NCBI GenBank assembly: GCA_009602725.1
Contig: WELB01000016.1
Span: 311,427-375,426, forward strand
Direction: 5' to 3'
Origin: Spirogloea muscicola
Lineage: Eukaryota
Length of the DNA: 64,000 bases
Shown: one piece after another, positions 1 through 12,032 of the stretch
Layout: every line of letters begins with the position of its first letter
Numbering within the stretch: the stretch's first letter is position 1
Program-made: the position numbers and the translations under genes
The notes under the pieces: generated by a model
Database searches by the model: none
Seen by the model: the letters and a program-made list of their open reading frames with translations, nothing else
Told to the model about the DNA's origin: nothing

Positions 1-3000
1 CGCCGCCGCCGCCGCCGCCGCCAACGGTCGCCGCCGTGGCTCTGCCGGCGCGGACAGCCAGGTGGCGCCGCCGCCCGAGTGCCAGTGATTCGAACAAGAG
101 TATATAATACATTCATTGGTGTTAAGAAGTGACAGGAAGTGATAACGCTGCGCCCGCGCTGCGCCGGGCCACGGGAAACCCTCGGCGCTGACCTAACCCC
201 GGGCCTCGCCATTGGCGGCAATGGCGGCGACGCAGGCCGGCGTCGGCGATCCGCGAAATTCGGCGGGCGCTGCTGAGCCGTGAGCGGAGCGCCGTGGAGG
301 TGGCCCGCCAGTACCTGGCCGCCACCGACGCCCTGGAGCCGCGCCTCGGCAGCTTCCTGCACGTTGCCAGGTCCTGCACTGTCCTCTCTCGCTCATCACC
401 GGCGCCCCAATGCCGAAACTCCTAAAGCGCCGCTACCACCCTGCTTTGCGCTGCACGGCTGTGCCTGTGCTCGCAAGGGCACTAGCTAAGAGGTGATTAA
501 GGGCGGCGCTTCTGCGTCTGGCTAAACCCCAAACCCTGGCGGCTCACACCGTGGAGCTGTCAGTCCCGCCGACTCTGAGGGTTCTATGCTGAGGGAGATT
601 ACTCAAGTTGCTGACGGGCGCGCAGGGAGGCTCTGCTCGATGGAGCTGCCGCCGTCGACAGGGCACTGGCCGAGGGCGCAGAGCTCGGGCCTCTGGCCGG
701 CGTGCCGCTGGGCGTCAAGGTGTGAGCGACCAGCTGCGGCCTGCAGATGTACGACTGCCTGCTTCAGAGCCGAGCGGCAGCTCGACCTCTGCGCGCTCCG
801 GTGCACACCTGTCTGCGCTGGCCTGTGACCGAAGGAGCTCTTGGTGAACCTCCTGGACCAGCTGCTTCAGTAGTCCCTTAAATCCAGCCACGTGTGATGG
901 CCTGCTGCAGGATAACTTCTGCACAAGCGACATGCCCTCCACAGGCGGCTCCAGGGTGCTGGAGGGGTACCGGCCACCCTACGATGCGACCTCGGTCAGG
1001 CGACTGCGCGCAGCGGGGGCGCTCGTGCTCGGGAAGACCAACCTGGACGAGTTCGGGATGGGCAGCACCACAGAGGGGAGCGCCTATCAGGTCTGCTCCA
1101 GTGTCCTCCACAGCTCTCTCAGCTATCCTCCTGTCTCTCGTGCTCCTTACACCCCTTGTAGCAGAGGTCACTGAGCATTGTTGTTGTCGTTGATATCGTG
1201 CTTCGCATTCTGGAATATCACAATCAGGTGTAGGATGCCCTTGATCAGTCTGTGCTCAGTTGCGGCTGCATCATTTCTGAGGCTTGATTACAAGTAGATT
1301 GCTGTGGAACCCTGAAAGTCAGACCAGTCAACTCTCAGATACTAAACTAGTGAGGACTCGGCCAGGTGACATCAAACCCGTGGGACACTTCTCGGGTCCC
1401 GGGCGGCAGCTCTGGGGGCTCGGCAGCAGCTGTAGCAGCAGGCCAGGTTGCCATTGCTGTTGGTTCAGACACTGGCGGCTCTGTCAGGCAGCCAGCCTCA
1501 TTCTGCGGGGTGGTCGGCCTGAAGCCAACATATGGTAGGATATCAAGGTGAGAGCTCCCGAAGCTCCTACTGTTTGCCCCTGAGTATCCAGCTCATTGAG
1601 GTCATTCACTGAGGCGAGGTTCTCAAGTATGGCCAGCCAGGCAGCTTGTCAGGTGTTGGTGCTTCGTCTGAAAGTCAGTGTCTTTGCTGGTGGCAGGCAT
1701 GGGCTGATGGCCTATGCGTCGTCCTTGGACGTGGTGGGATGCCTGTCAACGTGCGTGGAAGATGCGGCACTCATGCTCTCTGTCATGGCCGGCCACGACT
1801 CTCACGATGCAACTAGCAGCAAGCGGGTGGGGTGCACATCAACTCCGCATAGGTCATCGAGCAAAGATACCAGGACTCTGTGAATCTGTCTTTGATAGCC
1901 TCACCTAACAGGACAGGCGCAAACAGGAGCCAAACATCTCAAAGACAGATCTGACCTCCTTGTTGTCAAGTATTGACGTGCTCTGCACTTTGTTGACAAG
2001 AATGCGCTTCATGCCTCACAGGATGTGCCCAACTATGCAGCCAGTCTACCAAAGCGCGAGCAGCTGGACGACAAGCCCCTGGCAGGTGGCAGCTGCTTTT
2101 CTGCCGTTCCCTTTGCTGGAAAAGAGGGAGAGAAGTCATCTAAGCTCTGAGAAGCTTCAGCTTCAAATGTTAGTCCTGCTTGCCGCGTTCCGTCGGCACT
2201 GCTTCTCAACTCTTGCTGGTAGCACCTGTTAAACTTGAGCTGCACATTGAGAGCTGCACTATTCTTGTAGGCACCAGGTTAGGCCTCATTGTGGAGACTG
2301 TCGAGGATGGGGTCTCTGATGACGTCCTGACTTGCATAAACGAGGCCATCTCTCATCTGGAAGATCTTGGAGCCTGTGTGTCCAAGGTCCGCCCTCAGCT
2401 GGGGAGAGTGATTTAGTGGCAGTCTACTTCAGTAGCTGTCGCTTGTGAAACTTGTAGTTGGAGCAAGAGATACGGTGCATCAGCCAATCTATTTTGTCTT
2501 CCTTGTGTTTGCTTCATCTTGCATGTCGTAAGTTCTGGCTTGAACATGCTATGCAGGTGTCGCTCCCAAGCTTTGCAAGCGGACTGCCAGCATACTACAT
2601 CTTGGCGCCATCTGAGGCATCGTCCAATCTTGCACGCTATGATGGAGTCAGGTCCACCTACCAACATTTCATATTTGTGATGCCAGGTCGTCAATACATC
2701 CCAAAGGTCATCTTTACTCAGCATACTTGAGCTTACGTTCCCAATAGGTATGGCCCACGAGGAGCTGGAGATGAGCTTGTGAAAATGTATTGCAATTCTC
2801 GGGGAAGTGGCTTTGGCAGTGAGGTAGTCCTTCCTGTATATCATGTAGAATTCTACCTGTTGTCAGTAATGTACTTGCTTGTGAGCAGATGTTGGATTAA
2901 ACAGGCGCTGTTGTTGCCAAAGGAAATGGGTCAATAATGCTCCAATGCTTTGGCCACCCTGTGTGATTTGCCTGTAGAATGAAAGTCAGCAGGCCTGCAT

Positions 3001-4297
3001 TTGTCTCTGCATTTGTGCTACAAGTCTCATGTAACCCGTCCGAAATTGTTTGTTCATTTCCTGGATGTAGGTGAAGCGTCGGATATTGATGGGCACTTAT
3101 GCACTATCTGCTGGATATTATGATGCTTTTTACAAACGATCACAGCAGGTACCAGCAAGTCAATAGTAGTCCTATCTTGCCCTCAGCCAGCTTGAGGTAG
3201 CATGCATCATGCCCTTGCTTAATCTTGAGCAACATGCAAGTCACCCGGGCAAGTGCACTGCTGAGTCTATATTGACCTTAGTATTTACTTGCTGTTCAGG
3301 TGCGCACTCTTGTGCAGCGGGACTACCTCAATGCCCTCCGTGACAATGATGCCCTGCTTTCACCAGTTGCCCCAACCCCGGCATATGCAAAAGGTGAGTA
3401 GATGGCTGTGATGAATTCTCTCAAATTGCCACGTGCAGGATCTTATTGGCACCTCTGGGCGCCTGAGATGCTGCTGACTGATGGAAACATGAAAGCCTCT
3501 AGCATCCATCAGCAGCATTCACCAGCACTCGGGTTGCAAAGTGGAATATAAATCAAGCAAAAGCTCGTGACAAAACTGGAAGGCAGTCATCTTTGGACAC
3601 TTCTTGTCAGTGCGCTTTCTCAATATTTCATCCCATTTCAGACAAGGTCAAAGTGACACTAATCTGTCAGAGTATCATCACACACTTCCTGCAAGCCAAA
3701 CAAAATAGCTGAGAGCTGCAGCTTGATTTACCATTGCCTTCGGTGGCCTCCTGTGCAGGTGACAAAGTGGAGGATCCGCTGTCCATGTACGTGGGCGACC
3801 TCATGACGGTGAGGAGGCATATGCTGCGAGCCTCACGGTCTTGCCCACTTGTGCTCTGAGATGCTCTGTTCTTCATGACAAGCTCCCAGGGTTGACAGGC
3901 CTGGGTGCTTGCATAGCTCAGTCTAGGAAAGCTCTGACAAAGCTGTCCTCTTCTGTCATGTATTATCTGCCAAGTTTCAGGTCAATGTCAATTTGGCCGG
4001 ACTACCTGCTGTGACAGTGCCCTGTGGGCTGGCCCCAGGAGGGCAACACGGCCTGCCAGTGGGCCTCCAGCTCATCGGTGCTGCCTTCCAAGAGGTATTT
4101 TGATGACCATCCACAGGATGACGACGCACAATGTGGATTTGCATAGTGACACGCAAATTGAGGGCTGCGATTACTGCATCTAAGCTTGACTTTGCGTCCT
4201 GCGTGACATGCTACAGGAGGGGCTCTTACGGCTTGCACACATTTTTGAGCAAACTACGCCAACATGGAGCTCTGGCCTTCTTTCCTTGCAATTCTGA
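1..4297 (+). CDS. gatA: Glutamyl-tRNA(Gln) amidotransferase subunit A (organellar GatA), multi-exon, 5' end outside the window
   Basis: Exons encode [24 protein letters not shown] (236-370), [16 protein letters not shown]...[16 protein letters not shown] (626-1090), the amidase signature [42 protein letters not shown] (1366-1547), [19 protein letters not shown] (2557-2651), [23 protein letters not shown] (3071-3147) and [22 protein letters not shown] (3981-4093). The last exon is 4217-4297 and ends in TGA. Junctions are GT-AG. Confidence 0.95.
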
Positions 4298-4592
4298 AAA
4301 TTTAATAGGCAGATTGCATCTCTATTCTCTGGTCTACTCGCAATGTCAAACTTGAGGAAGACGTATACTGGTGTACTGACAGACTGAGCAGCTGACTGTG
4401 AAGTTGCCCAGTCGGACAAATGCCTCGAAAAATGTAATGGTACAGCTTAGGCATTTGCCTAAATCTAGCCCCAAATATTGCCTCAGATCTGCTCAAGCAA
4501 GCTTGAGCTGCAAACAAAGTAAGGATTTGGCCACTAGTCCTCAGTTGTAACAATAGGGCATCCTAAACACAAATCTGTTGCTATCTCAAGAG

Positions 4593-7576
4593 CTACAAGA
4601 CCTGGAGAAGAATGTTGGTCAGGTAGGCTCCTTCTGGGTATCCAAGTAGCTGAGGGTGATCTGGACCGGCTCCTGCTGTTCTAAGTGTGCTGATACTCCT
4701 TCTAGCAATATGAGCGGCCTCCTGTATAGCAGATAGCAAGAGAACTACATCAAGACGTAGTAAATCAGGTTGAGCAGAAGGCTAGGTAGCAGCAAGAACC
4801 TTGATGTCGGCAGCCATTTAGTTGTCAACTCTTGCAGTCCCATATAAGTCTTACTTAAGAGTGTGTAGCACCGAACTAATTTCAGAAGGGGGCTTCGTAT
4901 GAATAAGATGAAAGAAGAACACTGACCTGGAGGATGGAGGGGAAGAGGCCACTCTGAGTAATTGCTCCTGAGCACGAGCAAGTCATCAGGAAGCCCTTGG
5001 GAGCGACCAGCTGTAATGCTAAGGTATTGAGTCTGCGATACTTCAGAGCAGCGCGTTGTAGAGCCTGAGTGACGATATCGGCAGGCAAGCAAATGTCAAC
5101 AAGTCGCTCAAGTACGATGAAGGCTCCTCATTGCTGACACACTGTTCACAATGCAATGAGAGCTTGGTAACTGTATGTAGCGCTCATTTTCCTCAATCAG
5201 TATCATGTTCTGTGAAGCACAGTGTACACCAGATCCTCTTCCCTTCTGACAGAGTCAGCGGTGGCCAAGGACGAATACCTTGCGGTTGGGCGCAAGCTTG
5301 GGTGGATCAAGCACAACAACGTCGAACTGGCGGTTCTCAGCCACTGCTTGCTGCATCCACTTTGCAACATCTGCTTTCTCAAAGTGGTAACGACCACTCT
5401 CCATCCTATTCAGACATGCATTCTGCTCCGCTAGCTCCAGTGCAGGTCCTGATGAATCAATACCTGGTTGACAAGTAGTCTGCACGATAAGTTCAACATG
5501 TACACGGTGCTAACTACTGAAGTTGCTATGAATGGAAGAGCAGGCCAATACATTGCACATAGTAATGCTGCAAACTTAATAGGGTAAACGATTGACAACA
5601 TCAAAGGCTTTACCTGTCACATGGGTAGCCCCGCCTTTGTAAGCATTCAATGCAAAACCTGCTGAGTAGCAGCACAGGTCCACCACGGTCCTGTCTTGGC
5701 ACAGGGACTGGAGCAGATGACGACTTTCTCTCTGGTCTGCGTAAAAGCCCGTCTTCTGTCCTGCTAGTGAAGCACAGTAGAGTATGTCATTCTCCACGAC
5801 CTGCTAGATAAACAACAGTGAAGAGAAGCACATGAGCGCCCAGTGCATGCCTTCAGAGAAGTCTCTCAGACGTCATGGCACAATGAAGCTCAGGAGTAGC
5901 TGCACTTATCTCACAAAGTCAAATGCTCACCTGAACAATACTGCCCTGCTCAGCATCGGAGCAAGTGACCGTGATGTCAAGCCCCTCTTCCTTCAGCATT
6001 GGTGTTGATGGCCTCCAAAACACCCTTTCAGCATCTGCAGCCACCTTCAGAGCCAGCTGTATATGCTCCCGGTGCTTCTCGGCCCAAGCTGCTGTGGAGG
6101 ACACCACCACGTCCTTGCCTAGAACGTCCGCTACCAGGCCAGACAGCCTGCACATCAACTATATGATCAGCAAATACACGTTGATGTGCAACGCATGGTT
6201 TGCCCTCCAGCTTGAGCATCTTATGGAGAACTTAATAAGAGTTTGCAGAGAGTACGTCAAGCAAAGATCTGCCAGCAAGTCATCGACCCACAAAGGCATG
6301 ATTAACAGCTGACAAGGTTTGCAGATCATAAACAACATCTGATACATGCCTGTCACCTTCACTGTTCAGGAGGCGATATACATTGGTCACATCTGTCAGT
6401 GGCAGCTTCAGCTGCCTTCGCAGATGTGCAGCACTGGAGATGCGGGAAGTGACTAGCGCCTCTACGTCAAGGACAGTGGATGGGTCCCTGTCAAACATAA
6501 GCTGACAAATTAGCAGCAACCTCTGTCGTCAATGTGTTAACTTGCTCAGCAGACTTCAGTAAGTTTACATGCCAATTGCGATGGAAAATGCTTCTGAGCC
6601 GACTACTGATTCGTGATGCACTTCTAGGAATCTACACCCTACATTTCCCCAGGTAAAGCTCAAACTGATCATAGACCCAGATGCACAAAATGTAAAGCCC
6701 AATAGCTCGCAGTTGTGAACCCTAAACCCCTAACTCAAATCCTAATTCCTAAACCCTACATCTGCCACATCTCAAGCTTTAGCAAGCTCTTTCCGAGGTG
6801 CAGGCTTGAGATCCTCACGAGCAAAAGCCAGGAATTCGGGCAGAGCCACTGAAGTAGACTAGCGGGGGGCGCTCACTTGGCTGCCTCCTCCAGGCTCTGC
6901 AGGATCCGGACTCTGTACATGGAGTCGGGGTTGAAGACGCCCCACGCGAAGGGCGACCCATCGGGGTCGGCGAGCAGGACCGCCTCGCCGGGGCCTGGCG
7001 GTGGGGAGCCGACGACCCTGTCCACCGCACCGCCGTAGACTATGGGCGAGCCGCCGCGGAGGAAGAGGTGTGCCTTCCCTCGCTTCAGGACGACCTTGGC
7101 AACACCTGCGAAGGCACACGTTCCCAAACTCAGAAGGTATTGCTATCGCGTGCAGGTTAGCGACGGTGTAACGACTGCAGAGTGGCAGGCACACTGGGCT
7201 TCGCGCCCGTCAGCCGACGAGGAAGCCTGGCGCCAGCACCAGCAGGCGACTCGCTTGCCAGAGGTCCCGGACCGCCCCTCCCCCCCGTGGCTTGGCTTCA
7301 CAAGAGCCCGGCGACTGGCCCAACTGCCCATTCAAGGCCACACGCCGCGATAGCGATATCGCCGAATGCGCATAAGCGGCGTGCGTGCGGCTCGTCCTCA
7401 CCGCCCTTCGCCGCCGCGGCCTCCTCCAGCGCGTTGCCCGCCGCCGTCGCGGCGCGCCGCCGAGCATTAAGTCCAGCACCTGTAACCCCAACAATATGGG
7501 GGAGCAGCCGCCGCCGCCGCGCCAGCTCTGCGGCGCGGNCCGCCGCCGCCGTCGCCAAGGCGTGCGGCGGGGCCAT
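4593..7576 (-). CDS. rlmI: RlmI-like SAM-dependent rRNA m5C methyltransferase with N-terminal PUA-like domain and probable transit peptide, multi-exon
   Basis: Exons encode [100 protein letters not shown] and [17 protein letters not shown] is at 7576 and TAG at 4593-4595. Confidence 0.88.
6718..6758 (+). repeat. Degenerate telomere-like (CCCTAAA) tract / telo-box inside an RlmI-like gene intron
   Basis: The sequence reads aaccctaaacccctaactcaaatcctaattcctaaacccta. Confidence 0.55.
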
Positions 7577-7654
7577 GGCGGCGGCGGGCCTTCGGCGGCG
7601 GGCCGGAGCGCGGAGATGGTCCTGTGGACGGGTCTCCTAGGCCTATATAGGCCT

Positions 7655-10600
7655 TCCTCACTCGTAACTACTAAGTGGTCCATCCTCCCCCGTTCTGCCA
7701 TAGCCTCTTCAGGCCCCGCAGTCGCTGCTTAGCTCGTAGTTTGGCCCCTTCGAACCTTGTCAGTTCTTTTTCGGGCTGGCTTCTCACAGCCCTTGCCCTC
7801 ATTGGGAGAGCCACTTCTTCTTATATAGGCCGCCCTTGTCCACTGGGACGCCTTCTTGGCCCCTTCGAACCTTGTCAATTCTTTTCGGGCTGGCTTCTCA
7901 CAGCCCTTGCCCCATTGGGAGAGCCACTTCTCTTCTTGGCAGCCACAGCCGCCGCCTCGCTCGCCCTTCTGTGAGACGCCTTCCCAGCGGCCCACAGCCA
8001 CGGTCTTGCGTGCGGATACCGCTGGCAGCCGCGGCCGCCCTACCCTCCGCTCAGCTCATCTGACTTCCTATTGCTGACACCGGGGTACTGGCTAAGACTG
8101 GACACCAGGCTCCCACTCCTTGTATCCTCCTTGTATCCTTGCCCCCTTTGGCGGATTTGAGGCTCCTCACTCGTAACTACTGAGTGGTCCATCCTCCCCC
8201 GTTCTGCCATAGCCTCTTCAGGCCCCGAAGTCGCTGCTTAGCTCGTACTTTGGCCCCATCGAACCTTGTCAATTCTTTACGGGCTGGCTTCTCACAGCCC
8301 TTGCCGCCATTGGGAGAGCCACTTCATCTTTGGACCTTGGTATCCTCGCCCCCTCGCTATCAGGAGACTAGTTTCGCCGACCCGCGGCTGCTTCGTAGTA
8401 GGGGTTACTAAGTGTTTCGTAGCTACTTGCTTCCGTGTGTTTTGAGCGGTTCCCTAGGCCCCTTCGAACTTTGTTCACTCTTTTCTCTGGGCTGGCCTCT
8501 CCCAGCCACCACCCTCTCCTGGAAGCGTCTTTGGTTGGGGATGATTTCACGGCACTTGCGATCGACACACACGGGGCCTATCCAGTCACTGGCTGGACCT
8601 CCTGCAGCGGCTTGCCCGGCAGGCCATCGATCGGCGGTCGGGTCAGCCAGGGGAGCTGCCGGGCTTCAACGCGGCCGGCTCGCTTGCACAGGTCTTTCGC
8701 ATGGCTCTCCGTCTCTCTTAGCGCTCCTGGCTCACGCAGTCCACTCGCGCGCAGGCCGCGCTATAGCTGTGGCCTCTGGGTCTCGACAAAGTGCCGCTTT
8801 CCCTGCTGCGAGTTACTCGGACTCGCTGTTGCTCGCTCGTGGATACTGAGCTTCCATCTTCGGTCCTGTAGTGTCTAGCTGTGTGGTTTCTCTTTTTCCA
8901 CTGTCCATTTTTTGGGCTGGCCTCTGACAGCCACCAGTCAGTTTGGAAGCGCTGTTCTTCTTTTCGGCACCTTTTGGCTCTTTGGACCTTGTCCATCCTT
9001 TTTTGAGCTGGCCTTTCCCAGCCCCTACCCTCTGTAGGCGAGCAATTGCTGTCTTCTTTGGCGGAGCCACTTTCTTTTCTTAAATCTCTTGCATAGCTGT
9101 GTGGTTAGGCGCCTTTCGGCCCTTACGACCTTATCCATTCTTTCTGGGCTGGCTTTTCACAGCCCTTGCCCCCACTGGGAGTCCACTTTCACAGCCCCCG
9201 CCGCCTCTGGAACGTCGTCGTCGAACGTCGGGCGACATCTATCCGCCTGCTAGCAATTCTGATTTGCATCTACTGACTAGAGGTTACTGAGAGTCCCCTT
9301 GCTGCCGTCTTAGCACTTAGCACCTTGCTTACTGCACCATCCGGCTCCTTCAGACCTTGTCCATTCCTTTGGGCTGGCCTCTCACAGCTCCCCCGTTCTG
9401 CCATAGCCTCTTCAGGCCCCGTAGTCGCTGCTTAGCTCGTAGTTTCGCCCCTTCGAACCTTGTCACTTCTTTTCGGGCTGGCTTCTCACAGCCCTTGCCC
9501 CTATTGGGAGAGCCACTTCTCTCACAGCCACCAGTCAATCTGGCCGCGCCTTCGTCTGGAAGAAGAGAAGAAGCTCGTCCACTCAAAAAGTAGTGGCTAG
9601 GAAAGGCCAGCCCGGAAAAAAAGGACAAGGTCCAAAGAGCCGACATGCACCTAAACCACACAGCTATGCACGAGACTGCAGCGGAGGGGAGCTTCGGAAG
9701 AGCGGGAAACAGCTCTCTCAACGTAAGGCGATGGCTGTGAGAGGCCAGCCCAACAGTTTGTACAAGGTCTGAAAGGGCCGAAGGGCGCAAATAGCAGGAT
9801 ACTATTCTCACAAGACGTCGGCAAGTGGGCGCTTAAGAACCTATAGTCAGCAAGTGCTGAGTCAGTATAATCAGAGACGGAAAAGAAAATAAAAGCGCTT
9901 CCTGTGGCTGTGAAAAGAAACAGCGCTTCCAGATTGTCAGCAGTGGCTGGGAGAGGCCAGCCCAAAGAGACGTGGCACTCCCAATGGGGGCTTGGGCTGT
10001 GAAAAGCCAGCCCGAAAAGAATTGACAAAGGGGTCAAATGACGGAGGAGCCTTAAAAAAAGTTAAAAAAACCGCGCTAAGCGCTAAGCGGCAACGAAGGG
10101 GCCTGAAGATAAAGCCCAAAGGATTAGACAAGGTCTGAAAGGGCCGGACGGCGAAAAAGCGTCGCCCTGACGGAAAAAGAAGAAGTGGCTCTCCCGACGG
10201 TTGTAAGGGCTGTGATAAGCCAGCCCGAGTCCAGCTGACAAGGTTCGAAGGGGCGGAACCACGAAGGGGCCAAAAGCGCTATCGCAGAATTGGGGTAGGA
10301 TGAACGACTCGATAACCACGAGTGAGGAGCAAATCCGGACGACTAGCAGCCTGAATGCAATCCCCCTGACGAAAGCCAGAGGCTGTGGCAAGAGCACGGC
10401 CAGCTTGCAGGTGCCGGTGAGAGAATGCTTGAAAAGACCCGGAGACTAGCTTCTCCGAAGTGCGGCTGCTCACCAAGGGTTACTGAGTGTTTCGTATTTC
10501 GTCTTGGTAACAGGGCCAAAAGCTGTCTAGGGGGGTCACCAGAAGAAATTGCTCGCCCTTAGAGAGGAGGGGCTGGGAAAGGCCTGCCCAAAAGAATGGA

Positions 10601-11860
10601 CGAGATCCAAAGAGCCAAACAGGTGCCAAATAAAAACTACACAGCTAGACACGAGACGACGCAGATGGAAGCTTAGTAGAGAGTGCGCCCATAGAGAAGA
10701 GGGGCTGGCAGAGGCCAGCCCGAAAAGAATGGACACACTCCACAGAGCCAAAAAGATGCCGAAAAGAAAAATGACATAGCTAGACACAAGACGACGCAAC
10801 GGGAAACTCAGTAACTCCTGCTAAGCAACCGCAGGTCGGAGCAAATGGGCTTAGTACCCTCGAGTGAGCAGCAGAAAGTCTGAATGTCTCGCAGCTGGGA
10901 AAGAGGCACTTTGCCTAGACCCAGATGCAGCAGCCATAGCGCGGCCTGCTCGCGCTTCCTTTCAATATCAGCAGCCGCTTTCGCGAGTGGACTGCGCGAG
11001 CCAGGGAGAGCTGGAAAGAGAGTGCGCGCCCATAGAGAAGAGGGGCTGGCAGAAGAGGAATGGCGTGCCCTTAGAGAAGAAGGGCTGGCCAAGCCAGCCC
11101 AAAAAGATTGGAAATTATCCAAACACAAAAAAGGTGCCGAAGAAAATCACTGCACAACTATACACGAGACAATGCATATGGAAGCACAGTACCCGCGAGT
11201 GAGCAACATCAGGTCTGAGTAACTCGCTGCAAGAAAGGAAGCACTCCGGCGGACGGCTGGCAGAGGCCAGCCCAAAAAGATGCAAAGAGAGCTGCTCGCT
11301 CTGCTGCCCTTGGCGATCATTAATGGTGTGTAGTTTTGTCATTCCGGGCACCGTTTTGTGGCCTTTTTTTTTGGTGGCCTTTGAGGACGGACGTTGTCCA
11401 TTCTTTTCTGGGCTGGCTTTGCTAGCCCCTCTTCTCTCAGGGCGCGCCATACTTTCTTGACGACGGGCCACTGCACGCCTCGCAAGGCGCTGCAGGAGGC
11501 CCATAGAAGGAAAGCGGCTGCTGATATTAAAAGAGCGGCTGTGAAAGCCAGCCAGATGCATACAGGTATTCATGACGGAGCCACAGGCTAGACAGCCAGG
11601 GCGCTCTTAGTAACCCCGTGTCAGCAGTAGGAAGTCAGATGAGCTGAGGGGAGGAAGAGCAACCCCGCTGCGCAAGCCAGAGGCTGCTGCATAGAGTAGG
11701 AGGTCACCAGAACCCACGACCGGTAAGCGCAATCCATGCAGCTACGCAAGGCGCTACACTTCGGCTGGCAGCCACCGCAGCTATATCGTTGTCTCGAAGG
11801 AAGACTCTTACAGGAGAGGGCGATGGCTGTGAGTGGCCAGCCCAGGAAGAAAGAATGAAC
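7655..11860. repeat. Cluster of modular dispersed repeats (core GGGCTGGCNTNTCNCAGCCC) filling the divergent RlmI-like/SEC8 interval
   Basis: About 20 core copies are visible. On + they start at about 7773, 7887, 8281, 8489, 8914, 9005, 9146, 9371, 9475 and 11410; on - at about 9594, 9733, 9945, 9994, 10207, 10570, 10702, 11081, 11255, 11537 and 11825. Near-identical ~165-bp units lie at 7655-7820 and 8163-8326. Confidence 0.9.
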
Positions 11861-12032
11861 AAAGCAGCTATATAATTGTAAGCATCCGACAAACGCCGCC
11901 CCCCTGCATACACATGGCCCGGCGGCCGCCTCCGCCGCCGCCGGCGGGCGCTGGTCGCGCGCCGGCCACGGCGCCGCGCCGTCCGCAGCGATTCTGAGCG
12001 CGCCTGCGGGCGAGCCCCTGGCGCGGCCCGCC

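Noticed and set aside
84..192. AT-rich patch with TATATAA in a GatA intron as a possible snoRNA or promoter
   Set aside because: There is no canonical C box (RTGATGA) or terminal stem, and it lies between GatA-like coding segments.
7655..11860. CRISPR array (hairpin repeats with variable spacers)
   Set aside because: Spacing is irregular, both strands are used, the 'spacers' are themselves repeated elsewhere, no cas genes are present and the context is eukaryotic.
7675..11913. Many 60-150 aa ORFs sharing text such as MVHPPPFCHSLFRPRSRC and SFRAGFSQPLP
   Set aside because: These are translations of the non-coding repeat; frames and stops are not conserved between copies.
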